From positions 62,001 through 126,000 of the forward strand of contig NOWV01000153.1 in the NCBI GenBank assembly GCA_003344405.1: DNA of 64,000 nt, in the 5' to 3' direction. Origin of the DNA: Trichoplax sp. H2 (taxonomy: Eukaryota). Below, piece by piece: positions 27,451 through 39,895 of this stretch. The position numbers and the translations under genes are program-made. The notes beneath the pieces are model-generated. The model made no database searches, was not told where the DNA came from, and saw nothing but the letters and a program-made list of their open reading frames with translations. How positions within the stretch are numbered: position 1 is the stretch's first letter; every line of letters starts with the position of its first letter.

Positions 27451-29515
27451 TGGATTACGAACTTAAATGCAAAGCACAAGTTTTAAAATGAAACAAAGAG
27501 CATAAGAATGAGATAAATCATTAAAATTCGTTTTAATACTTCATACAAGGAGTACTTTCAAGCGACATGTTAGCAAGTCAGTGACTAAAATCAATATTAA
27601 TAGCTCTAAAATTGAAATAATATCATGACTATAAAGCATTTTTTGAAACTGTTTATTGCGAATATTATGTATGCAATAGCTACCGATTTCTTAAATATTA
27701 ATCGAATTGTATTACAATGTTCCTATACCGAATAAATTGCTTAAGATGTTTTACTAAATGTTTTAATTGTGAAGTATGGAATGCTTCTAGCTAATACCGT
27801 AAAAATACCAATGGTGAAAAGTATTGGGACATACAACACTTTAAATTAAGTGCTTGCTATTCCTACACTTTATGTTCGACGTTGTAATATACGGCAATAC
27901 GGTAAAGTTGGTTGTCAATGTTTCTAAAATTCGATACTTGGCCACAATTACTTGTTTGTGTTGGCTGTATTATTGCTACCTAGCCTATTGATGTAAACTA
28001 TTTTTCAATTTGTGATGTACTTGTATTCACCTTATATCAATGTTACTACTAGCATGTAGCCATGTAATCTGTACAGTATAAATATCGTTTTTAATATTTT
28101 TAATCAACATACAGGAGTATGATCTTAGCTTGAATAAAGACATCAGCATCATAAGTTGACATCTGTAGTTTTACTTATCGATTTATATAGATATGGGAGC
28201 CTATGTTGCACCCTTAGTATTACAGTATCATAACTGAGGTATAATTGCTTCACATATATGCCTTAATATGATAGATTTTAGATAATGACATCCATTAATA
28301 GCTTACGAGCATGAAAATCAGTTGTTTCATAATCAAAATTAATCATGTGTAATTAATCCACAAAAAGATAAATAAAAATCTCTATCATCATAGCTAATAG
28401 GTGCTTTAAAATAATTTATAGCATAACAATCTTCCGTAACACGATATTGTCCGATTAATCAAAAGCCAAAAGGCTAAGTGTTTTAGTTTGAAGTCATCGA
28501 TATCGTTCCATCAAAGGTACTATATTTTTATTACGAAGTCATCTTCAATCTATTGTCGTTCGACGATTATTGACAGAGAGCTCATTCATTTACCAAGCTT
28601 AATTTATATCAGCGCAAGCTGATGAGAATGACAAATGGAATGGATTTTCTTTTTAAATTCAACGGACGTTACTAAAGTAGTATAGCATGCAGCAATTATG
28701 AAATAGCGTTCAACTTTTACTATTTATTTATCAAAGGAAATAGCGCACTGTATTATCCTAACTGGCTCATCTATCTACGCCTATGTAAGCATGTCCACTT
28801 GAAGTTCATTCAATTTAAATTAATTAAATCATGTACTGGCTGTAGATACAATAAATTATATTACAATTATTAAAGAAAACCTGAAATATCTTATGAAGGC
28901 ATGATGACCGTTAATTAATAGATGTAGAAGTTAACGATATTATTTCGTCATCATATTACTGTAATAAATAACTTTTAGCTCACTATTGACGTTTAAGTCG
29001 TAATTTTAAAGTGGTTTACTATTTGCTACAGCATAGCTCCATCCTCATACAGTACCAGTATGTATTTACACAGGTAACAGCATATATATTTCTAAAAATT
29101 GATAATTGCACTAAAAGTGTAGCTTTTATGTAGGCGTACAGTATATAATATGTGCATGCCATAAAATACATCTTATATTTGCAAAGCTTAATATGATCAT
29201 CGTGTATAGGATAATAAATTTAATCAGATAATCCAGTGCTATCATTGCCGATTTCAGGTAAATATAATATTTAAATTGATAGTGAATAAACTCGGTTCAA
29301 TGTATTAATGATAGAGCAATTGGCTTATAGCTTATGCCGAATTGACATAGGTTTGAGATATGAAATAGCATATAAAGTGCAAACATTGTCAGTGAATAAC
29401 TGCATAGTGTATCTTATTTTTTACTAATGCTGCCTACATATTAGGCAATAAAATGATAGTAACACAAGGTAATGTACTTAAATTTGCATTAGAGTAAAAC
29501 CATTCCTATTTTAAC

Positions 29516-29829
29516 TGCACAGTCATGGCTATGTCAGCTCAACCAAATAATAGCGTATTTACTGTTGATTATTTATTACCATTGTAATCAGTAAAAACTA
29601 GAATTGCAATACGTATAGTTCATTCAAGACTTCAGCGCTTTATTATTACCAAACTAATAGCGGTCAGATGCTAATGCTGAACTGCAATACGCTTTCATAT
29701 CTAGTGCTCAATCTATCCAATTCAAGTGAGGGTGTTTTATGTGATGATTATCATAGCAACGTAATAATACGATATGAATTATTAATGAAAATCACCTTAC
29801 GGCTATTATATACCCATCTGCTGAGTCAT
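29516..29829 (-). promoter_or_regulatory. Two antioxidant-response-element (ARE / CNC-sMaf) matches upstream of the first GST
   Basis: TGCACAGTCAT (29516-29526) and TGCTGAGTCAT (29819-29829) read ATGACnnnGCA on the minus strand; the second is the canonical NF-E2/ARE site ATGACTCAGCA. A reverse CCAAT box lies near 29858 and TATATAA at 30073-30079. Confidence 0.55.
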
Positions 29830-30201
29830 GATTATGGTCCACTTTCCTTGTAACCTGATTGGCTGATTAAAATTGATTAATTTTGGCTAATGCATATTGA
29901 TATAATGATAATGGCTGTAAAACGATAAGGTTATATAAAATGTTATATTGTGCTGATATAGTACTAGTTATGGACTTTAGAGAAAATTCTTTAGTGTTTA
30001 TTATGTTCATTGTGAAGTTATGTTGTTATCGCTAGACTATTGATTAGCATATTTAATTAATTATCCCTAAGCTATATAAGGAGTTCTCTGCATGTAAAAC
30101 AGCAAAGAGAACAGATCAGTTGCTCATTCATTTGACTAACTAACAAATTATCAATTTTCCTAAGTACCATACTCATTCGATATTTTCCAAAAGTCGTGAA
30201 C

Positions 30202-30927
30202 ATGGCTCAATTCTTAGGAAAAGGAAGTCCGCGTCCTCCTAAAACCAGCAAAGTTCGGTTGTATTGCTCACGTTTCGATCCTTTCACCGCTGGCCTCCGC
30301 TATGTTTTAAGAGAAAAAGGTGTTGAATTTGAGAATATTTACATCGACACTCACAACGACACAGCTGAATGGTACAAAGACATCAATCCAACTGGTGAAA
30401 TCCCGTGTGTGGAGATCGGAGATGAAGCTATTCCTGAAACTTTCATCATCTATGACTACCTGGAAGCTAAATTTCCTAGTGTGAAGACTCAACATACTGG
30501 TAATGCTTACAAATGGGCAAAAGATCGATTGTTTGCAACTCGCATCTCGCAAAATTTGGCACCTAAAATTGGTGGACTTGTCAAGGAACCTGAAAAAAAC
30601 CTCAGTGAAATTGCTACCAAATTGAAGACTGTTAATTCTATCTTGAGTAAGCGTGGCACAGATTATATTGGTGGTTCAAGCCCAAACTATGCCGATTATT
30701 ACCTTTGGGGCTGGGTTGAATTAATACCTGCAATAAAAGCTGCCCATAATTTGAAGTTTGATTTGGATCGTGAAGAGTATAAACATTACTGGGCATGGAT
30801 CTCTCGCATGGATAAGAACAAGCACATTGAACAAGATCGTATCGATCGCAAAGTTAACTTAAAGTTACGTACTGAATTTTTCAAATCTGTCATTGCCGGA
30901 AAACCTAATGTACTCGTTGGATTGTAA
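30202..30927 (+). CDS. GSTO: Omega-class glutathione S-transferase-like protein 1 (active-site Cys->Asp), intronless
   Basis: Omega N-terminus LGKGSPRPP..RLYCSRFDPF, INPTGEIP (cis-Pro loop), ET..IYDYL, GGSSPNYADYYLWGW and C-terminal GL. ATG at 30202; the ORF-track start at 30196 is a GTG. Confidence 0.92.
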   Translation: MAQFLGKGSPRPPKTSKVRLYCSRFDPFTAGLRYVLREKGVEFENIYIDTHNDTAEWYKDINPTGEIPCVEIGDEAIPETFIIYDYLEAKFPSVKTQHTGNAYKWAKDRLFATRISQNLAPKIGGLVKEPEKNLSEIATKLKTVNSILSKRGTDYIGGSSPNYADYYLWGWVELIPAIKAAHNLKFDLDREEYKHYWAWISRMDKNKHIEQDRIDRKVNLKLRTEFFKSVIAGKPNVLVGL

Positions 30928-32556
30928 CGTAAAAGAGTTTTATGCGATATTCATATACGGAAATTCTGAATAAAACATTAGTTTTAAATATACCTATTTT
31001 AAAAGCTAATCATACGTATCTTGTATGCTGATACGTATATAATCGTTACAATATATTAGTAATAATAATTAATCACAGGTTTATGTACCTCGTAGGTTCA
31101 GATGAATTTCAGGTGTAAATTTTCTACAAAACATTTTATAGAGACCTATTTTAATTGCAAAAACTTCAACGTTGTTCGATTATTAAAAATTGACTTAATG
31201 TTAATTAGCTTCATATTTATTCATTTAAACTTTGACATCGTAAATAAAACTACTAGTTATTGAAGTACGTAACACATCATGTCTTGTTCCTGAATCCAAT
31301 TATACTTAGTCATGCATTAGTAAAGAACATAAAGCCTACCATGGTAGTTAGAGCTACAGGTAGCCCTAGTTCTAAGGCAACTGATAAGAGCTAATGGCTA
31401 ATACTGTACGCACACATGCAGTTACTACAATACAATAATCAGCAAAGTATCGCATCCGCACGTGCCCGGGTATGCACACTAAAGATTAAAAAGCTCCTTA
31501 AAATTCTTAACATAGAATTAAAGACTACATTTTATATGTATTAGATAGTGCCATGTAGTTTATCGTGCTTCTTAAGCAGTGATTTTTTATTCGTAACTGG
31601 TTATTGGATGACCGTTGTGAAAACATTGTGCAAAATCCATTTGCAGAATTTTTCCAGGAAGACAAATTGTAAAATTTTAGCTCCTCGGCTCTGAAGTCAG
31701 ATTCATATTTTATGCTATGCACGTAAACAAGGTTAGAAATACTGTACTTTACTACTATGTATACTTCAACTGCTTATGAGGGCAGTCTAATAGGATAGGT
31801 CATAAGATAGATACCGATAGATATCGTGTTCTGCCATCATAGCATCGTGATATTGCTATTGCTTTATTTACAGATTTTGTAAAGTAAATCGAATTAATTA
31901 TTTTATACTCAATCATTCATCTACTTTATTAATGGGTTACTTACTTAACATGCAACGTTAGATTTCTTTCGATGCTTAAAAGTAAACCGCAGTATATGTC
32001 TAACGACTGGCACAATGCATAAGAGGGTAATTAAGGAGGCGCCTGATGATTATACCCTAATCGACATCTCCTTTACTCATGTATCTGCTGATTAGTACCG
32101 TGCTAGAGCCAAGCTCAAGAGATATTCAAAAATCTGCTGTACTCAAACCGTGAAACAGAGATTAAGAGGTTTTGCAATCTTTATAACCGATTAAATGAGC
32201 TATCCATGTCCCATTTATATTCACAAAATTTCTGACCAAACGCTAATATCAATAAGCATACCAACACTATCGATAATTTCATTTTTAAACCTTTTATTGG
32301 CTGTATCTCATCAAATGCTTCCCACCTATGACAAAATTATTTTCCGGCGTTACATATCTGCAAATGCTATCCAATCCAACCAACGTGGTGCATTAGTTAC
32401 TAGTTTACATGTATCGATTAGGAGAACGACATACAAGTAAATCTGCAAGCTAAACTAATAATAAAACAGCTAATGTCATGCGCATCTTTCCAAATTCATA
32501 CGTCTTAAAAAATTGACATCATGAGTAAAGAATCACTGCAAGCATTTTTGTCATCG

Positions 32557-33279
32557 TTAAAGTCCAACTTTCATATTTGGGCTCCCAGCCTTGACCGTTT
32601 TCAAGTATTCAGTTCGAGTTTGAAAGTTAACCTTACGATCAACACGGTCTTGTTCAATATGTTTATCTTTATCCATTCGGAAAACCCACGCAAAATAATT
32701 CTTGTAAGCTTTATCATTGTGGATGTCAATTTTTAGATCATGAGCGGCTTTCAACGATGGAATCACTTCAACCCAAGCAAACAAATAATAATCTGCATAA
32801 TTTGGTTTATCGCCACCGATATAATCTGTTCCTCGCATTCCTAAAATCTCATCTACCTTTTTTAATTTTGCAAGGAGATCATCGACATTATCATTGGGAT
32901 TTTTAAGGCAGCCAGTAATCTTTGGCACTACATTTTGCTTAAATCGAGTGACAAATAAGCGATCTTTGCTCCACTTGTAAGCATCCCCAGTTCGTTGCAT
33001 TTTTACTTGTGGAAATTTAGCTTCCAAGTAGTCGTGGATGATCATACTTTCAGGGATCACCTCATCCCCACACTCTACGCAAGGAATCTCACCGGTTGGG
33101 TTGATGTCATTATACCATTCGGGCTTATCTTGTAGGTTAATATAACAATCTTCGAAATCAATACCTTTAGCTCGTAAAACATATCGAAGAGATGCACTAT
33201 ATGGATCAAATCGTGAGGAATATAATCTTACTTTGGATGACTTTGCTGGACGTGAAGTTGATTTATCCAAGAATGACAT
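32557..33279 (-). CDS. GSTO: Omega-class GST-like protein 2 (Cys->Asp), intronless
   Basis: 240-aa ORF with RLYSSRFDPYS, KPEW, NPTGEIP, ESMII, NYADYYLFAW and terminal VGL. Minus-strand TATAAAA at 33387-33393. Confidence 0.92.
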   Translation of the reverse strand: MSFLDKSTSRPAKSSKVRLYSSRFDPYSASLRYVLRAKGIDFEDCYINLQDKPEWYNDINPTGEIPCVECGDEVIPESMIIHDYLEAKFPQVKMQRTGDAYKWSKDRLFVTRFKQNVVPKITGCLKNPNDNVDDLLAKLKKVDEILGMRGTDYIGGDKPNYADYYLFAWVEVIPSLKAAHDLKIDIHNDKAYKNYFAWVFRMDKDKHIEQDRVDRKVNFQTRTEYLKTVKAGSPNMKVGL

Positions 33280-34438
33280 GTTGTTGATTTGTTATTTATT
33301 TCCTATTACTGTAGCTCAAATCACGAATTTTTGGCACGTCGTCGTACTTATTGGAGGAAAAGGAAGATTTGCCAATTCGAAGCTCTTTTTATACAGTACT
33401 GTCTGTCGCCCCTTGCTACTGTACTGTACGCATTTATAGTATAAATTCAATTTTATACAGTCAATAAGTATAGTTCAAATAAAATCGAATATATCATTAA
33501 ACATGTGATAGCGAATATGAAAGGCATGCGCTATGCAGTAAAATAAAATAAAATAAGTAAATAAATGGATAAAATAAATAACTTGCTGTTAATAATAAAA
33601 TTTAATTTATGTCATTTATTTATTTACTGTTAATAAGAATACAGTTATAGCACAGTAAACTACAATTTACAGCACGGTTTAATCAGATCACTATAACAAA
33701 CCTATACAGTACATACTGGTTGAAAGCTGTTCAGCACTATTGTGTGGCCTTCACTAGGTCTTGAAGTTTTTAAGCGATTTGTATTATTAAATTTAGTTAA
33801 AATTTCACTTAAAGAGATCCTTACAACCTAAAACACTTGTTGTTTTATTTATTTACAGTTTATTAATTTTACTGAAGAAGTAGTGGAGTTATTTTATTCT
33901 CTTGAAGGTTTCTATTAATGCAAACCACCAAGTCCTCGATAAATGCCAACTCGTATGTACAACTCACACAGTGATAGTAATAGCAGGGCAGTCGGACTCT
34001 ACAATGACTGAAGATGGGTCGAGTAGTCTCTGCTATTAGACATGATTAAGGAAAGAGAGAAGGACGGAAAACTGCTTTTCACCCATATTGGACAGCTGGA
34101 CAATGGACAGCGTACTGTAGTCCATGATACAGCACGGTTGCTCCAGCTTAAAACATACAGTACACTCAGTGAGTACAGTAGATAGTGCAAAGGGTGACCA
34201 ACAGTCCCTTTGCAAAAACATCGAAGTGGAGTATTTTGCTGGTCACTTTACTATGCCAGGAAACTGGAACCGTAAACTATATTAGACACTGAGTAGAGTA
34301 CTGTAGACTTCTCAAGTGGAACATTTAGGATCAATCTCTCTATAGTCTATAGTACAGTTTCTGCAAAACAGGAAGGTCGAGAAAATAGGATTCATTTTAG
34401 TATAAGTCGGAAGAAAACGATAGCGAGTCCTTCGCAAA

Positions 34439-35164
34439 ATGGCTCAAATCCAGTTACTAACGAAAGGAAGTGAACGGCCACCTAAATCTTCCAAAGTACG
34501 CTTATATGGTGCACGATTTGACACTCACAGCGCCGGAATTCGCTATGTACTGCGCGATAAAGGGATCGATTTCGAAGATGTATACATACATACCTTCGTC
34601 AAACCCGAATGGTATGAGGATATTAATCCGGTAGGTAAAATTCCTTGTGTGGAATACGGCGATGAAATTGTTCCTGAAACCTTTGTAATCTATGATTACC
34701 TGGAGGAAAAATTTCCAAGTAAAGGCTCTCAGCAAATGGATGCATACAAAAGAAGTATGGATAGAGTGTTCATGGTACGATGTGCTGAATTTTTAACACC
34801 TAAAATTATCGACTGTATGAAAAATGCAAAGGATAATCTTGCAAGCTTAGAGCAAGCCTTATTAAAAGTCAATGATATCTTGCTTAAGCGAGGTACTCAT
34901 TATTTTGGTGGCTCTAGTCCAAACTACGTTGATTACTACTTATGGAGTTGGGTAGAAGTCATGCCGGTGATGATTGGGCTTCATGGAGTAAAACTGGAAT
35001 TGGATAAAGAGAAATACACAACCTATTTGGCTTGGATCGACCGCATGGATAAGAACGAACACGTTGAAAAGGATCGCTTAGAACGTAAAGTCAATTTTGA
35101 GACCAGAACAGAATATTTAAAATCCCTTTTAGCTGGTCGTCCAAATCCAACTATTGGGCTTTAA
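34439..35164 (+). CDS. GSTO: Omega-class GST-like protein 3 (Cys->Asp), intronless
   Basis: 241-aa ORF with RLYGARFDTHS, KPEW, NPVGKIP, ETFVI, NYVDYYLWSW and terminal IGL. Confidence 0.92.
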   Translation: MAQIQLLTKGSERPPKSSKVRLYGARFDTHSAGIRYVLRDKGIDFEDVYIHTFVKPEWYEDINPVGKIPCVEYGDEIVPETFVIYDYLEEKFPSKGSQQMDAYKRSMDRVFMVRCAEFLTPKIIDCMKNAKDNLASLEQALLKVNDILLKRGTHYFGGSSPNYVDYYLWSWVEVMPVMIGLHGVKLELDKEKYTTYLAWIDRMDKNEHVEKDRLERKVNFETRTEYLKSLLAGRPNPTIGL

Positions 35165-35996
35165 TTAGTGGCGAAAGTTTCAGTGTGCTATCTTATTGTA
35201 TGTTTTCATAGGAAATTGATTAAAAGATTTACAGTAAGAGTGGACAGCATGTAAAAATGTAACAGGATCAACTTGCAAGAACGACCCTCCATGCAATCCA
35301 GTAGATGGATTGTGCATAACTTGATACGCGGCACATATTTCGATTTTGAGATATCTCTACTCTCTTAAACTGTGTGTTTTCTAGAAAATAAACTAAATTT
35401 ATGGTTAAATCGTGTGATGATTTTTAAAACGCCTATGTTTTAATTTTTGAAAGTGGTGGTACTGTGCGGCGAAGTCATTTGTATGCATTATTTTCGAAAA
35501 TAAGTAATATTATATTGGAATCGAACTAACATCCCCTTGAAAACAGTTACATAAAGTCGTGAAAGTTTATAAATTAGCACAAGTGATTCAGAAAAATACG
35601 TGCAATTAGGTTGTCACTAGTGCTGCGTAGTATCGGCATTTGCTACTAACATTACTGTATGTATACTTTAAGAATTCAGTACTTAATCAAGAGGTACATG
35701 TACTGTATCACTACGGGTCTGTGTGTTTTACCGTTAGGACTCGCAATCAGGTATACATTTTTTACTCTTAATTCAATAATAAAATTTATTAACAACCTGG
35801 ATGATAATATGGAATACAGCTATAGTAAAGCAGCATTCACTGCAACAACAGTGACATTATTAATTGACAAACGGAAATTGCATACGCAATACTGAGCGAA
35901 TTTAATTAGTTAATTTTCCTTCAAGATGAGCTCAGAAATCAATTATTTTACATGGTATATATCAGTTAGGTCTCCGAACTATCCCGATTTACAGGC

Positions 35997-36713
35997 TTAC
36001 AGCCCAACCTTAACATCCGGAGATCCTGCAAGTACAGTTTTAAAGAAGGCAGTGCGGTTCTTTAAATCAGCTTTATGAGTAGCTCGATCATTCTCAACGT
36101 TCTTGTCCTTATCCATGCGCATAACCCAAGCCCAGTAATTGCTGTATTCATTCTTATCCAACTCAAATTTCAAATCATGAGCTCCTTTCAAAGCTGGAAG
36201 TAGCTCTACCCATCCGAACAAGAAATAATCAGCAAAGTTAGGACTAGCTCCACCTAGATAGTCGGTACCACGTTTGCCCATAATGCCATCAATGATCTTC
36301 AAGACCTTGGTGACTTCTTCAAGGTTATCATTTGGATTTTTAACACAGCCGGTAATTTTTGGAGTAAGATATTCCTTGGTATGAGCTACAAATATCTTGT
36401 CTTGAGCCTTCTTGTACGGATCAGTTGGTTGGGTCTTTACCTGAGGATATTTATCTTCTAGATAATCGTAGATAACGGACGTTTCTGATACGACTTCGTC
36501 GCCAGTCTCCAAGCATGGTATATGACCGGTGGGATTGACCTCCTTGTACCATTCAGGCTTGTTATGGACATCGACGTAAGCATATTCATAGTCGATGCCT
36601 TTTGCACCCAATACAAAACGAATTCCAGCACTATAAGGATCAAATCGCGAAGTGTACAGTCGCGGCTTCGATGATTTTGCTGGACGTTGACTATCTTTGC
36701 CCAAGAATGACAT
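35997..36713 (-). CDS. GSTO: Omega-class GST-like protein 4 (Cys->Asp), intronless
   Basis: ATG at 36713 (MSFLGKDSQRPAKSSKPRLYTSRFDPYS) aligns with the paralog starts. NPTGHIP, NFADYFLFGW and terminal VGL present. Minus-strand TATAAAT at 36819-36825. Confidence 0.92.
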   Translation of the reverse strand: MSFLGKDSQRPAKSSKPRLYTSRFDPYSAGIRFVLGAKGIDYEYAYVDVHNKPEWYKEVNPTGHIPCLETGDEVVSETSVIYDYLEDKYPQVKTQPTDPYKKAQDKIFVAHTKEYLTPKITGCVKNPNDNLEEVTKVLKIIDGIMGKRGTDYLGGASPNFADYFLFGWVELLPALKGAHDLKFELDKNEYSNYWAWVMRMDKDKNVENDRATHKADLKNRTAFFKTVLAGSPDVKVGL

Positions 36714-37195
36714 ACTTTCAGAGTCGATTTCAAAGCGTGCACAGTACAACAAAAAGTAGACGAGCAAAACAAGGATTCCCGAGTTGGAACTTGAGCTCGT
36801 TCTGCAGCAAGACACGATATTTATACTATCGGGGCTTTAAGTGGGCGGGATAAAGCGAACAGATAAGAATTTAGCGGGATAGACTGTCTGGTTTTGTACT
36901 TTATGCATATGCTACTATCCACAGAGCAGCACGCTACAAACAATGGAACAGCGTGTAAATAGTACAGTTTTACAGAATCATATTTTCTAGCTACATTTTA
37001 TTGAACAGCTACAATTCTAATGGTGAATAGTTTAGTCTCATGGGCATGTTAAGGATAGCAGCGTTTTTTTGAATAAATCCAAAAGCATAAACGGTAGATT
37101 GGTGTTGCGTTTGGTAAAGTACTTGAATGTACCGTGTCCTAATATACAGTGAATATGACAATATACACAATTACACATGTAACGGTACCGTACTA

Positions 37196-39272
37196 TATTC
37201 GGAGGCGGATCTTTTAACTAGTAATATGGCAAGAATTAAATTAACATCGTACATGTTCGTGCAGCTCATTTGGAGAATAAAAGAGCTGTTGACACAAAAG
37301 TGCTGAATCATTATTATCTGCAAAATTCTTTCCACGCGATTGGCTACTGAATGCAAGACAATCAAAACATGAAATAGTTTACGATTAATTAATAATAAGA
37401 ATAAGAATAATAATAATAAGAATAATTTTACGCTTTCACCGCTCTGGCGTGTAGAATATGATGTACATTTGTACAGTGCTGTATCTTTACAGTGGTAGAC
37501 CGAGACGAACAAATCGAGTTACTGTACGTCGTTTACCATTATTTTTTTTCATGATATCTATTAATTAAATGGGCTATTTAATTACTTGTTTGCCCCTCGA
37601 TGCTGTCGCGGACTGTCAACAAAAAGCCCAAGGGTCTCTGAGGAGCATGTGCTCTCAAATGGAAGCTATAATAACGCCATTAAATTAATGTTGAATGTTA
37701 AAATTTGTAATATGCGCTAACTCCATATACAGTATATGTACTATATATATATATATGCCATATACACCACTACAGTACGTGAATGTTTCAAGATTGCAAG
37801 TTGCAATTTCTTCAAATTGATCGCGCTACTGTGCTACTGGAATGTATAACATTTTAAATTTTATTTTATCTTCAGTAAGTTATACACGCGTAGGCAATAA
37901 ATAAATAATAATAATATAAATAATAATGTTAATAAGAATCATAACACTATAATAATTATTTATAACACACCGAAATTACAATGTAGGCGTATGTACCGAC
38001 GTACTCTACATGTACAGTACGTGTATTTATGTACTCGTATATAAAGAACAACAAAGTCGAACAAGTTTCATAATACCTAAAGTACGAATACAGTAATGTC
38101 ACTTTTGAGCAAGGGAAGCCCACGTCCAGCTAAATCTTCCAAGCCGCGCTTGTACACGGCAAGATTTGATCCCTACAGTGCTGGAATACGTTNNNNNNNN
38201 NNNNNNNNNNNNTATTCGGAGGCGGATCTTTTAACTAGTAATATGGCAAGAATTAAATTAACATCGTACATGTTCGTGCAGCTCATTTGGAGAATAAAAG
38301 AGCTGTTGACACAAAAGTGCTGAATCATTATTATCTGCAAAATTCTTTCCACGCGATTGGCTACTGAATGCAAGACAATCAAAACATGAAATAGTTTACG
38401 ATTAATAATAAGAATAAGAATAACTAGTGCAAACTCCCGTCGCTTTACTGACGGTTTACGATAATGTGCTCATTTAACAGAGGTTCAGTAACTTTATACC
38501 GTACCGTGTAGACCTGTCAGAGGTTCAGTAACTTTATATCGTGTACTGTGTACAGTACTGTACTGTACAGTAATGTACTAATCGAGTTACTGTACAGTAC
38601 AGTACGTCGTTTACCATTATTTTATTTTTTTCATGATATCTATTAAATGGGCTATTTAATTACTTGTTTGCCCCTCGATGCTGTCGCGGACTGTCAACAA
38701 AAAGCCCAAGGATCTCTGAGGAGCATGTGCTCACAAATGGAAGCTATAATAACGCCATTAAATTAAATTAATGTTGAATGTTAAAATTTGTAATATGCAC
38801 TAACTCCATATACAGTATATGTACTATATATATATACCATATACACCACTACAGTACGTGAATGTTTCAAGATTGCAAGTTGCAATTTCTTCAAATTGAT
38901 CGCGCGCGCTACTGTGCTACTGCAATGTATAACATTTCAAATTTTATTTTCAGTAAGTTATACACGCGTAGGCAATAAATAATAATATAAATAAATAATA
39001 ATGTTAATAAGAATCATAACACTATAATAATTATTTATAACACACCGAAATTACAATGTAGGCGAATGTACCGACGTACTCTACATGTACAATACGTGTA
39101 TTTATGTACTGTACTCGTATATAAAGAACAACAAAGTCTAACAAGTTTCATAATACCTAAAGTACGAATACAGTAATGTCGCTTTTGAGCAAGGGAAGCC
39201 CACGTCCAGCTAAATCTTCCAAGCCGCGCTTGTACACGGCAAGATTTGATCCCTACAGTGCTGGAATACGTT
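37196..39272. repeat. ~1-kb near-identical direct duplication (37196-38192 vs 38213-39272) across a 20-N gap; probable uncollapsed haplotypes
   Basis: Copy 2 starts exactly after the gap (38193-38212) and copy 1 ends exactly before it. The copies differ by scattered SNPs, small indels and one replaced segment. Includes the truncated GST start at 38096-38192. Confidence 0.85.
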
Positions 39273-39895
39273 TCCTTCTGAACAAAAAAGGGGTCGATTA
39301 CGACTTTGTCTACATCAATATCCAAGACAAACCAGAATGGCTGGCAGATATTAATCCTGCAGGTCAGATTCCTATAATGGAAATTGGTGATGAAATTGTC
39401 TGCGAAACGATTGTGATTTATGATTACTTAGAGGATAAGTTTCCTCAGGTCAAAACTCAGCCAACAGATCCTTACTTAAAAGCCAAAGATAAAATTTTTA
39501 TAGATCATACTAAAGAATATTTAACCGGCAAGATAACTTCGATGGTTAAAAATCCAACACAAGAAAATATTGAGTATGTCTGCAGTGTCATGAAATCGAT
39601 CAATAAGATCATGGGCGAACGAGGAACTGATTTCCTCGGTGGTACCAGCCCAAATTTCGTTGATTACTATCTATGGGGATGGGTAGAATTACTTTCTGCC
39701 TTGAAAGCCGCTCATGAATTATCATTCGAATTGGATAAAGACGAGTATAAGCATTATTGGGCATGGGTAATGAAAATGGACAAGGACCAACACATCAATA
39801 ATGATCGTGAGACTCATAAGCTGAATCTAAAGTGTCGGACAGCATTCTTTAAATCTGTAATTAACGGATCACCCGATGTAAATGCTGGATTATAG
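39176..39895 (+). CDS. GSTO: Omega-class GST-like protein 5 (Cys->Asp), intronless
   Basis: 239-aa ORF with RLYTARFDPYS, KPEW, NPAGQIP, ETIVI, NFVDYYLWGW and terminal AGL. TATATAAA near 39118. Confidence 0.92.
   Translation: MSLLSKGSPRPAKSSKPRLYTARFDPYSAGIRFLLNKKGVDYDFVYINIQDKPEWLADINPAGQIPIMEIGDEIVCETIVIYDYLEDKFPQVKTQPTDPYLKAKDKIFIDHTKEYLTGKITSMVKNPTQENIEYVCSVMKSINKIMGERGTDFLGGTSPNFVDYYLWGWVELLSALKAAHELSFELDKDEYKHYWAWVMKMDKDQHINNDRETHKLNLKCRTAFFKSVINGSPDVNAGL

Noticed and set aside
36714-36815. Hydrophobic, signal-peptide-like N-terminal extension of GST4
   Set aside because: It starts at GTG only a few bases from the TATA box, so probably upstream of the transcription start. Paralogs begin at the Met matching 36713.
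30307-36853. Short ORFs overlapping GST genes (30307, 32521, 34502, 36458, 36602)
   Set aside because: Antisense or alternative-frame shadows of real coding sequence, with no recognisable motifs.
38096-38323. Seventh GST ORF
   Set aside because: Near-identical to the start of GST5 and runs into the N gap. It is best explained as the overlapping allelic copy rather than a separate gene.
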